Under the pieces are notes generated by a model. It did no database searches, was not told the DNA's origin, and worked only from the letters and a program-made list of their open reading frames with translations. 64,000 bases of DNA from an uncultured Bacilli bacterium (GTDB taxonomy: Bacteria > Bacillota_I > Bacilli_A > RF39 > UBA660). Positions 39,573-47,807 of the stretch are shown in pieces; position 1 is the first letter of the stretch, and every line of letters begins with the position of its first letter. The position numbers and the translations under genes are program-made. The stretch is taken from assembly GCA_934098705.1 (NCBI GenBank), contig CAKOPC010000002.1:250681-314680 (forward strand). The letters run 5' to 3'.

Positions 39573-40079
39573 ATGAAAAAGAAAATAACAAAAAAAGAAA
39601 TAGTAAAGTTACTTTTAAATCAAAACTTAGAAGAAGGAAATGAAGAAGAATTGATGGATTCACTTGTAAAAGAGCCAGTAGCCATAGATATTATAAAAGA
39701 GGATGAAGAAAGTAAAAGTTTTGGAGAAAGACTTTCTGATAAATTAACAAAAGTTGCAGGTAGTTGGAGCTTTTTACTTTGCTTTATATTATTTTTAATA
39801 GTATGGATAATTTTAAATTTATATGCTTTTGAAAGTATTGACCCTTATCCTTTTATTTTACTTAATCTTCTTTTATCATGTATTTCAGCAGTACAAGCCC
39901 CAATTATTATGATGAGTCAAAATAGAGCTGCTAAAAAAGATAGTATAAGAAGTAAAAATGATTATAAAACAGATTTAAAAAGTGAACTTATTTTAGAAGA
40001 TTTGTATGAAAAAATGGAAAAAATTATTGCAAATCAAAATAAAATATTAAAGAAATTAGAAGAAACTGATAATAAATAA
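39573..40079 (+). CDS. DUF1003-like membrane protein
   Basis: Two TMs and the QAPIIMMSQNR motif, as recalled for DUF1003. Confidence 0.6.
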   Translation: MKKKITKKEIVKLLLNQNLEEGNEEELMDSLVKEPVAIDIIKEDEESKSFGERLSDKLTKVAGSWSFLLCFILFLIVWIILNLYAFESIDPYPFILLNLLLSCISAVQAPIIMMSQNRAAKKDSIRSKNDYKTDLKSELILEDLYEKMEKIIANQNKILKKLEETDNK

Positions 40080-40188
40080 GTAAAAAAAGTATTTGACTGT
40101 TGTATAATTCTAGCAAATTATATTGATATAAAAAACAAGATGAAATATTAACAATTTTGTTAATTAATGTCTTTTATTAAAAAAAATT

Positions 40189-40213
40189 AGTCTTTTATAT
40201 AAGACTTTTTTTT
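40189..40213 (+). terminator. intrinsic terminator (A-run/T-run flanked)
   Basis: Stem AGTCTT / AAGACT followed by a T-run that runs into promoter-repeat copy 1. Confidence 0.65.
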
Positions 40214-40292
40214 GACAAAAAAATACAAACAAATGTATTGACTTTGAAAAATTAGTTTGTTATAGTAAGGATGTTTTTAAGGAGGAATTTAT
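40208..40292 (+). repeat. uvrB-promoter repeat, copy 1 (drives the RhuM-like gene)
   Basis: First ~61 nt are identical to 41472-41532. The remainder, up to the SD TTAAGGAGG, is similar. Offset between copies is 1,264 nt. Confidence 0.9.
40238..40266 (+). promoter_or_regulatory. sigma-A-type promoter
   Basis: TTGACT, 17-nt spacer, TATAGT. Preceded by ATACAAACAAATGTAT. Confidence 0.6.
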
Positions 40293-41318
40293 ATGAATAA
40301 CACAATAATTGGTAATGAAAAAAACATTTTATTTTATAGTGATGAAGAAGGTAATACAAAAGTAGAAGTATTATTAGAAAACGAAGATGTCTGGTTAAAT
40401 ACTGAAGCAATATCATCACTTTTTAATGTTGATAGAAGCGGAATTGTAAGACATATTAACAATATTTATAAAGATGATGAATTAAATGAAAATATCACAT
40501 GTGCAAAAATTGCACATATGGGTAATGATGGTAAACAAGTTTATAATACAAAATATTATAATCTTGACATGATTATCTCCATAGGATTTAGGGTTAACTC
40601 TAAAAAAGCAATTAAATTTAGAACCTGGGCAAATAAAATAATTAAAGACTATATGGTTCAAGGTTTTGCACTTAATGATGATAGATTTATGAAAGCAAGA
40701 AAAACAGATCAGGAATATTTTAAAAGATTACTTGAGAAAATTAAATTAATTCGTACAAGTGAGAGAATGTTTTATCAAAAAATTACTGATATATTTGCTG
40801 AATGTTCTATTGATTATGATAAAAATAGTGATACTGCATTAACTTTTTATAAAACTATTCAAAATAAATTTCATTATGCAATTACAGGCAAAACTGCTGC
40901 TGAAATAATTTATAATAGAGCAGATTCTAAAAAAGAAAATATGGGACTTGCTACTTGGGAAAATTCTCCTAATGGCAAAATATTAAAAACTGATGTTATT
41001 ATTGCAAAAAATTATTTAGATGAAAAAGAAATTAAAAATTTAAATAATTTAGTTAATTTATTTTTAGATATTGCGGAAAATAATGCTGAAAGAAATATTG
41101 TAATGTGTATGAATGATTGGAAAAATGAAGTAGAAAATGCAATTAAAGTTTTTCATTATGGAGTTTTAAATGATAAAGGTAAAATATCTCACCAAATGGC
41201 ACAAGATAAAGCATTTTTGGAATATGAAAAATATAAAGTAATACAAGATAAAAGTTTTGTTTCAGATTTTGATAAATTATTAATTGAAGCAAAAAATATA
41301 GAAAATAAAGATAATTAA
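40293..41318 (+). CDS. RhuM-family protein
   Basis: 341 aa. The N-terminus ...VWLNTEAISSLFNVDRSGIVRHINNIY and FRVNSKKAIKFRTWANKII are typical of RhuM as I recall it. Confidence 0.75.
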   Translation: MNNTIIGNEKNILFYSDEEGNTKVEVLLENEDVWLNTEAISSLFNVDRSGIVRHINNIYKDDELNENITCAKIAHMGNDGKQVYNTKYYNLDMIISIGFRVNSKKAIKFRTWANKIIKDYMVQGFALNDDRFMKARKTDQEYFKRLLEKIKLIRTSERMFYQKITDIFAECSIDYDKNSDTALTFYKTIQNKFHYAITGKTAAEIIYNRADSKKENMGLATWENSPNGKILKTDVIIAKNYLDEKEIKNLNNLVNLFLDIAENNAERNIVMCMNDWKNEVENAIKVFHYGVLNDKGKISHQMAQDKAFLEYEKYKVIQDKSFVSDFDKLLIEAKNIENKDN

Positions 41319-41471
41319 TTACAATATAAGTATAAAAAAATTATAAATTTTATTACCAAAATATTTTTTGTTTTAATATACAAAATCATTATAAAAACAA
41401 TTAAAGATGCATGTTAATTATTAATATTCTATTTAAATTATTAATAAAAAAATGTATTTTATAAAGGGAAA

Positions 41472-41557
41472 TTTTTTGACAAAAAAATACAAACAAATGT
41501 ATTGACTTTGAAAAATTAGTTTGTTATAGTAAAGGTACTTTTAAGGAGGGATACTTT
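41472..41557 (+). repeat. uvrB-promoter repeat, copy 2 (drives the truncated uvrB copy)
   Basis: See copy 1. Confidence 0.9.
41502..41530 (+). promoter_or_regulatory. sigma-A-type promoter
   Basis: TTGACT, 17-nt spacer, TATAGT, identical to 40238-40266. Confidence 0.6.
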
Positions 41558-41830
41558 ATGTTTAAATTGGAATCAAAATATCAGCCAAGTGGAGATCAAC
41601 CAGAAGCAATAGAAAAATTAGTAGATGGTATAAATAGTGGTTTAAAATATCAAGTATTAAATGGAGCAACAGGAACAGGTAAAACATTTACTATGGCAAA
41701 TGTTATAAAAAATGTTAATAAACCAACTTTAGTATTAGCTCATAATAAGACACTTGCAGGACAACTTTATAGTGAACTTAAAGAGTTATTTCCTGAAAAT
41801 AGAGTTGAGTATTTTGTGTCATATTATGAC
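41558..41830 (+). pseudogene. uvrB: truncated uvrB 5' fragment (codons 1-91)
   Basis: Colinear with 44411-44683. Nt 41664-41817 are identical to 44517-44670. Homology ends after TATTATGA, and the frame then runs into unrelated sequence until a stop at 41866. Confidence 0.9.
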
Positions 41831-41843
41831 AGTACCAAAAAAA

Positions 41844-41965
41844 TAGTGTTATTTGGTGCTATTTAATGTTATTTAATCCTGAAAAACGGACTAAATAACA
41901 CTCGATGGTACCAAATGAACAAATAAAATTTGTGGCCGAGAGTCGTGGCCATTCGTGGCGAATGA
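41844..41965 (+). repeat. boundary repeat D-L (phased TTATTTRRT units plus AAATTTGTGGCCGAGA block)
   Basis: TAGTGTTATTTGGTGCTATTTAATGTTATTTAAT and AAATTTGTGGCCGAGAG..ATTCGTG recur at 44255-44337. Internal inverted repeat: 41845-41854 pairs with 41893-41902. Confidence 0.7.
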
Positions 41966-42014
41966 TGTTTTAACCTTTAAATGGTAAATTTTTACAAAAA
42001 ATGATAAAATTCAC

Positions 42015-42043
42015 TTGATTTTACTAATATTATTTGTTATTAT
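42015..42043 (+). promoter_or_regulatory. possible promoter of the radical-SAM cassette
   Basis: TTGATT, 17-nt spacer, TATTAT. AATGGTAAATTT occurs on both sides (about 41980 and 42045). Confidence 0.35.
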
Positions 42044-42110
42044 AATGGTAAATTTATAAGAAACGATACTATCGCTACTTAATCTACAATCCGTTTAATA
42101 TTTAATACAT

Positions 42111-42141
42111 AAGGTGGCGATTACTTTTTTCGTCACCTTTT
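42111..42141 (+). promoter_or_regulatory. leader hairpin with short T-run in the 5' UTR of the peptide gene (possible attenuator)
   Basis: AAGGTGGCG pairs with CGTCACCTT (9 bp, one G-U pair) across an 11-nt loop, followed by TT. Confidence 0.4.
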
Positions 42142-42176
42142 AAATTACATAATAAAATGAAATGGAGGATTAAACT

Positions 42177-42404
42177 ATGAAAAATTCAAGAAAGATAGAA
42201 ACTTTAAAAAATATGAAGACTGCTGCTATTAGATTATATGAAATATATATGGCACAATCAAATCAAAATAAAATAGAAATGAATTGTTATCATGAAAATG
42301 AACATGATAATAGTGGTGCTCATCCAGATTATCATAATAATTCTCATGATAATACCCCAGGTAGAATGATGACTCGTACTTTAGTTAAAAATGCAACAAA
42401 TTAA
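42177..42404 (+). CDS. 75-aa candidate RiPP precursor with five H-x-(N/D) triplets
   Basis: Strong SD GGAGGA. The core region is CY-HEN-E-HDN-SGA-HPD-Y-HNN-S-HDN (nt 42291-42353). Overlaps the radical-SAM gene by 14 nt. Confidence 0.5.
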   Translation: MKNSRKIETLKNMKTAAIRLYEIYMAQSNQNKIEMNCYHENEHDNSGAHPDYHNNSHDNTPGRMMTRTLVKNATN

Positions 42405-43494
42405 TACTTTAATTAAACCTACACATGAATGTAACATGAGATGTAGGTACTGTTTTGCTGAAAAATATGGATATGAAAATTCTTTGTTAGATATTAATAA
42501 ATTAAAAAAGTATATTGAACTTTTAGCAGAGAAATATAAATATATAAATTTGGTGTGGCATGGTGGAGAACCATTGATGGCACCGTTAGATTATTATCAA
42601 GAAATATATGACTATTGTAAAAAGTTTGATTCGAAATTTATATATTCATTACAAACAAATGGTACATTATTGAATGAAGAAAATATAGATTTTTTTAAAA
42701 CAAATAATACTAGTATTGGGTTATCATTTGATGGTTTGACAAATGATAAAACTAGATCGCATACACAAAGAATTTTAGAGAATATTAAATTACTTCAATT
42801 AAATGAAATGTATCCTGGGGCGGTTTTGGTTGTTAATCAAAATAATGTAAATAATTTGATTGGAGAATATGAATACTTTAAATCATTAAATTTAGGTATG
42901 AAAATGAATCCTATGTTTAATGATGGTGCGGCAAAAGAAAATAATTTTTTCAATTTAAATCCAGATGAATATATCAAAAATTTTATAGAATTTTTTAAAT
43001 ATTGGTCGCTAGATACAAATTGTAATATAAATGTGTCTACTTGTATAGAATTAGTAAATTTAATATTAAATGAAAGAAGTGGCGTTTGTACTTTTAATTC
43101 TTGCTTAGGAAAATGGTTATGTTTTGATAGTAATGGACATTTATATCCATGCGATAGATTATGCTTAGATGAATACGACTTAGGAGATATTACAAAAATT
43201 ACATCTATAGATGAAGCATTTGAAAATGAAAATTTTATAAAACTATTACAAAAGAACATTTCAAGAAGACAAAAATGTATTGATGAATGTGAGTATTTTA
43301 AAAATTGTTATGGTGGATGCAATGCTAATGCTATTTTAAATGAAGTTAATAAAAATAATGTTTCATGTTATATTCAAAAAGGAATATTAGAAGGAATTAA
43401 AAAATTTATAATTGAACTTAGTAATCAAAAAGAATATGATAAATTAAATTATAGTTTATCAAAAATTTTAATAAGAAGGGATAGTAAAATATGA
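42391..43494 (+). CDS. radical SAM enzyme with C-terminal SPASM-type Cys clusters
   Basis: CNMRCRYC (CX3CX2C) at nt 42430-42453. C-terminal CTFNSC...LYPCD and CIDECEYFKNCYGGC. Confidence 0.85.
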   Translation: MQQINTLIKPTHECNMRCRYCFAEKYGYENSLLDINKLKKYIELLAEKYKYINLVWHGGEPLMAPLDYYQEIYDYCKKFDSKFIYSLQTNGTLLNEENIDFFKTNNTSIGLSFDGLTNDKTRSHTQRILENIKLLQLNEMYPGAVLVVNQNNVNNLIGEYEYFKSLNLGMKMNPMFNDGAAKENNFFNLNPDEYIKNFIEFFKYWSLDTNCNINVSTCIELVNLILNERSGVCTFNSCLGKWLCFDSNGHLYPCDRLCLDEYDLGDITKITSIDEAFENENFIKLLQKNISRRQKCIDECEYFKNCYGGCNANAILNEVNKNNVSCYIQKGILEGIKKFIIELSNQKEYDKLNYSLSKILIRRDSKI

Positions 43495-44045
43495 AATATG
43501 TTTATCACGGGAGTTCAATACCAAATTTAAAGATTATTAAAACAAACGAAAGTACTCATATGAAAAAATGGGTATATGCATGTGTATCAAAAGCTATATC
43601 AACAATTTTTTTGTCACCATTAGGTAATGACCTGTATTATTCATTATCTGGTGATGGAATTGACTATCCAGTAGAACTAGTTGAAAGAAAATCCGATATG
43701 TTTAAAAAAATATTTAACTGTTCTGGTTACATCTATAAACTCGATGCTTCCAATTTTAAAAGTGGACAAACTGGTTGGTCAGCGGAAGTTGTTAGTGAAA
43801 AAGATGAGGAAGTACTAGAAGTAGAATATATTGAAAATGTATATGACGAGTTAATTAAATTAAATAAAGAAGGATTAATAAGGCTATATTTATATCCTGA
43901 AAAACCAAATAGAATACCACAAGATAATAGTGATTTAATTCCAAAGGTCATTAAATGGAAAAAAAATGGTTTTGATGTAAATAAATTTTATGAATTATAT
44001 CCAGAATTAAAGGATAAATTTTTGAAAATGTTGAATGAACAATAA
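43491..44045 (+). CDS. hypothetical 184-aa protein, translationally coupled to the radical SAM gene
   Basis: ATGA start/stop overlap. No TM, and I recognise no family. Confidence 0.5.
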   Translation: MKYVYHGSSIPNLKIIKTNESTHMKKWVYACVSKAISTIFLSPLGNDLYYSLSGDGIDYPVELVERKSDMFKKIFNCSGYIYKLDASNFKSGQTGWSAEVVSEKDEEVLEVEYIENVYDELIKLNKEGLIRLYLYPEKPNRIPQDNSDLIPKVIKWKKNGFDVNKFYELYPELKDKFLKMLNEQ

Positions 44046-44091
44046 CTAAAAAATAATTTTTATAGAATATTATAGATTAAATTAATCAAAT

Positions 44092-44125
44092 AGGATTACT
44101 GTAAAAATAGAAAAGTAATCTTTTT
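44092..44125 (+). terminator. intrinsic terminator of the cassette
   Basis: Stem GATTACT / AGTAATC followed by TTTTT. Confidence 0.6.
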
Positions 44126-44254
44126 AAATATTTACCTATTTTTAATGAAAAAATATCATTTACTGAATTTAAATAAAATCTTAAAAGTAGCACTATGTAA
44201 TCTGTAATTTAATATCTTAAAATGCCATAAAATAAATGATAGAATAATATCAGT

Positions 44255-44337
44255 TAGTGATATTTAGTGCCATTTAATGTTATTTGGTATCGTTTAATAA
44301 ATTTGTGGCCGAGATGTGTATTTTATTCGTGTCGGCC
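44255..44337 (+). repeat. boundary repeat D-R
   Basis: TAGTGATATTTAGTGCCATTTAATGTTATTTGGT...AAATTTGTGGCCGAGAT..ATTCGTG. A diverged copy of D-L that lacks ~45 nt of it. Confidence 0.7.
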
Positions 44338-44410
44338 TAATTTTGGTTCATTTTAATGAAATTATATGATAAAATTTTAAATGAAATTAAGCTATAATAA
44401 GGAGGACAAA

Positions 44411-46360
44411 ATGTTTAATTTAGTATCAAAATATACTCCATCCGGAGATCAACCACAGGCAATAGAAAAATTAGTGAACGGTATAAATAGTGGTTTAAAA
44501 TATCAAGTATTAAAGGGAGCAACAGGAACAGGTAAAACATTTACTATGGCAAATGTTATAAAAAATGTTAATAAACCAACTTTAGTATTAGCTCATAATA
44601 AGACACTTGCAGGACAACTTTATAGTGAACTTAAAGAGTTATTTCCTGAAAATAGAGTTGAGTATTTTGTATCCTATTATGATTATTATCAACCAGAAGC
44701 ATATGTTCCTCAAACAGATACATATATAGATAAGACAAGTATGATAAATGATGAAATAGATGAATTAAGACACTCTGCAACAAGTGCATTAATAGAAAAT
44801 AGAGATGTTATAGTAGTAGCAAGTGTTTCATGTATTTATGGTATTGGAGAAAAAGATGAATATAAAAATAACATGTTAACATTAAATGTTGGAGTAAGTT
44901 ATAAAAGAAATAAATTACTTCAAAAACTTGTTGATATGTTATACGAAAGAAATGATATAGATATAAAACGTGGTACCTTTAGAGTACATGGAGATGTTAT
45001 AGAAGTAATACCAACTGGAGAACATCAAAAAGGATATAGAATAGAACTATTTGGTGATGAAATTGATAGAATAAGTGTCTTCGATGTTGTAACGGGTCAT
45101 ATTATAATGGATAAAAAAACTATATCAATTTTTCCAGCAAGCCACTTTGTAACAAGTAGTGAAAACTTAAAGAAAGCTTGTGTTAGTATAAAAGAAGAAC
45201 TTGATGAAAGGTTAGCAGAACTTAGAGGTGAAAATAAACTTTTAGAGGCTCAAAGATTAGAACAAAGAACAAATTATGACCTAGAAATGATAGAAGAAAC
45301 AGGTTTTTGTAGTGGTATTGAAAATTATTCAAGACATTTAGGGGGTAGAAAAAAAGGCGAAACTCCAACATGCTTAATAGACTTTTTTCCTAAGGATTAT
45401 CTTTTAATTATAGATGAATCTCATGTAACATTACCTCAAGTTAAAGCTATGTATAACGGTGATAGAGCAAGAAAACAAGTTTTAGTTGATTACGGTTTTA
45501 GATTACCAAGTGCTCTTGATAATAGACCTTTAACTTTTGAAGAGTTTGAAAAAAAATTAAATCAAGTAATATTTGTAAGTGCAACTCCAGGAGATTATGA
45601 AATAGCAAAAGAAGAACAAGAAGTAGATCAAATAATAAGACCAACAGGACTTTTAGACCCAGTAGTTGAAGTTAGAAAAACAAAAGGACAAATAGATGAT
45701 TTAGTAGGAGAGATAAATGACAGAATAGAAAAAAATGAAAGAGTTTTGATAACAACCTTAACTATACGTATGGCAGAAGAATTAACATCATACTTAAAAT
45801 CATTAAATATAAAAGTAGCTTATTTACATAGTGAAGTAAAAACATTAGAAAGATTAAAAACAATAAGAGAATTAAGACTTGGAACATATGACTGTATAGT
45901 GGGAATCAACCTTTTAAGAGAAGGACTTGATATACCTGAAGTATCATTAGTAGCTATTTTAGATGCTGATAAAGAAGGATTTTTAAGAAGTCATAGAAGT
46001 CTTATTCAAACAATAGGAAGATGTGCTAGAAATGAAAATGGACGTGTTATTATGTATGCAGATACTATAACTGATAGTATGCGTCTTGCTATAGATGAAA
46101 CCAAAAGAAGAAGAGATATACAAGAAAAATATAATAAAGAACATAATATTGTACCAAAAACAATTATTAAAGAAATAAGAGAAGTAATATCAAATAAAGA
46201 TGAAAAAACTATAATAAAAGAAAATAAAGAACATAAAAAATATGACAAAGCCTTATTACAAAACATAGAAAAAGAAATGAAAGAAGCTGCTAAAAACTTA
46301 GATTTTGAACGTGCTATGGAACTTAGAGATATCCTATTTGAGATGAAGGCTCAAAAGTAA
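44411..46360 (+). CDS. uvrB: excinuclease ABC subunit B (intact)
   Basis: Helicase motifs ([13 protein letters not shown]), the beta-hairpin region [10 protein letters not shown] and a C-terminal UVR domain. I prefer ATG 44411 with SD AAGGAGGA over 44381. Confidence 0.95.
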   Translation: MFNLVSKYTPSGDQPQAIEKLVNGINSGLKYQVLKGATGTGKTFTMANVIKNVNKPTLVLAHNKTLAGQLYSELKELFPENRVEYFVSYYDYYQPEAYVPQTDTYIDKTSMINDEIDELRHSATSALIENRDVIVVASVSCIYGIGEKDEYKNNMLTLNVGVSYKRNKLLQKLVDMLYERNDIDIKRGTFRVHGDVIEVIPTGEHQKGYRIELFGDEIDRISVFDVVTGHIIMDKKTISIFPASHFVTSSENLKKACVSIKEELDERLAELRGENKLLEAQRLEQRTNYDLEMIEETGFCSGIENYSRHLGGRKKGETPTCLIDFFPKDYLLIIDESHVTLPQVKAMYNGDRARKQVLVDYGFRLPSALDNRPLTFEEFEKKLNQVIFVSATPGDYEIAKEEQEVDQIIRPTGLLDPVVEVRKTKGQIDDLVGEINDRIEKNERVLITTLTIRMAEELTSYLKSLNIKVAYLHSEVKTLERLKTIRELRLGTYDCIVGINLLREGLDIPEVSLVAILDADKEGFLRSHRSLIQTIGRCARNENGRVIMYADTITDSMRLAIDETKRRRDIQEKYNKEHNIVPKTIIKEIREVISNKDEKTIIKENKEHKKYDKALLQNIEKEMKEAAKNLDFERAMELRDILFEMKAQK

Positions 46361-46427
46361 ACTAATCCAACAATTATTTACTTTTATGATAACATTGTGA
46401 TATTCTATATATAGTAGGAGGAATAAA

Positions 46428-47189
46428 GTGAGAAGAAGAAAAAAATTAAAAAAAGGATATAAAAAAGTTTTAAGATTTTTACTTATTTCTATAACATTAT
46501 GTCTTCTAGTTGAAGTAGGATACTACTATATGACTTTAAATAAAGAATTAACTCCAGTATATAATCATGAAGAGTATTTTTATGCTAGTGATTTTGGTAT
46601 TAATGTTATAAAAAGTGAAACTGATTACGATAATGATGGTATTGATGATTATAGTGATATTTTATTGGGAGCTCAAAAAGAAAGAGATAGAAATCCAATT
46701 TATGTAAGTAAATATTATGATGGTGGATACCCTCCAGATGATGAAGGAGTGTGTACTGATGTTATTTGGCGTGCTTTAAAAGAAGCAGGATATTACCTAA
46801 AAGATATGATGGTTTATGACATAACAAAGGATCAAAAAGATGGGACAGGTAGATATGACATAGATATAAGAGATGATAATATTGACTTTAGAAGAGTAGA
46901 TAATCAAGAAGCATTTTTAAAAGAATATACAGAAAGCTTAACAACTGATATTTATGATATAGAAAGCTTTATGCCTGGTGATATAGTAGTATTTGATTAT
47001 GGAGCTCATATTGCTATTATCTCTAATAAAAGAAATGAAAATGGTATTCCCTATTTAATTCAAAATAGAAGTGAAGATCAAGAAGAAAAGGAAGAAGACC
47101 GTATTGAAAAAACAGATATGTCTATTACAGGACATTATAGATTTACATATAATAGAGAACTAAAAAGATTAATAGAAAAAATATCATAG
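46428..47189 (+). CDS. DUF1287-like protein
   Basis: N-terminal TM. GGYPPDDEGVCTDVIWRALKEAGY motif recalled from DUF1287. Confidence 0.5.
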   Translation: MRRRKKLKKGYKKVLRFLLISITLCLLVEVGYYYMTLNKELTPVYNHEEYFYASDFGINVIKSETDYDNDGIDDYSDILLGAQKERDRNPIYVSKYYDGGYPPDDEGVCTDVIWRALKEAGYYLKDMMVYDITKDQKDGTGRYDIDIRDDNIDFRRVDNQEAFLKEYTESLTTDIYDIESFMPGDIVVFDYGAHIAIISNKRNENGIPYLIQNRSEDQEEKEEDRIEKTDMSITGHYRFTYNRELKRLIEKIS

Positions 47190-47197
47190 GAGGATTT

Positions 47198-47743
47198 ATG
47201 GATAAAATTTTTATAATTGGAACTATCTTTATATGTTTAGTTGGAACATTACTTCACTTTCTTTATGAAATGACATCACATAATAAAATAATTTCTCTGT
47301 TTGCAGCAGTTAACGAATCAACTTGGGAACATATAAAAATAGCCCTAACTCCCTACTTTTTATGGATGATGGTAGATGGTTTATACTACGGTACAAATGG
47401 AAATTATCCTTTAGCAAAAATGTTAGGAGCTTTAGTAATAATAATACTTATACCAACTCTTTTTTATGGGTATCAAATATTTACTAAGAAAGCTGTACTA
47501 TTTATAGACATTATAATATTTTATGTAGCTATCTTCTTAAGTGAATATGTAGGATTTAAAGTATTAAATCTAGCACCAGTTTCCTTTTATTATAATTATA
47601 TTAGCTTTATCATTTTGTTTTTAATATTTGGTTTTTACATGGTTGTAACGTTAAATCCTATAAAAAACTTTTTATTTAAAGATCCTATAACTAATAAGTA
47701 TGGAGTAAAAGGACATAGTCATCATAATCATAAAGAAAAATAA
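47198..47743 (+). CDS. hypothetical polytopic membrane protein
   Basis: 181 aa with ~5 TMs and a His-rich C-terminus. Confidence 0.5.
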   Translation: MDKIFIIGTIFICLVGTLLHFLYEMTSHNKIISLFAAVNESTWEHIKIALTPYFLWMMVDGLYYGTNGNYPLAKMLGALVIIILIPTLFYGYQIFTKKAVLFIDIIIFYVAIFLSEYVGFKVLNLAPVSFYYNYISFIILFLIFGFYMVVTLNPIKNFLFKDPITNKYGVKGHSHHNHKEK

Positions 47744-47807
47744 TAAAAGTTTTCCTTTTAAATTTTTAAATAATCATATATAATTAAACATAAAGGATGT
47801 GAATAAA

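Larger units (their letters stand above)
41831..44410 (+). mobile_element. inserted segment between the two uvrB 5' copies (whole duplicated unit is 2,853 bp)
   Basis: Flanked by ~270-bp direct repeats of the uvrB 5' end. Has its own promoter, three coupled genes and a terminator. No recombinase gene is visible. Confidence 0.55.

Noticed and set aside
41926-41965. TGTGGCCGAG block resembling the D-arm of class II tRNAs (Ser/Leu), considered as a tRNA gene or tRNA-derived att site.
   Set aside because: No acceptor stem, anticodon arm or GGTTCGAAT-type T-arm can be built in either copy (41926-41965 or 44296-44337). At most it is a distant relic, so I report it as a boundary repeat instead.
44381-44410. 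N-terminal extension [10 protein letters not shown] of uvrB from the ORF track.
   Set aside because: ATG 44411 is preceded by a strong SD (AAGGAGGA) and aligns with the start of the truncated copy (MF.L.SKY). The upstream ATG has no SD.
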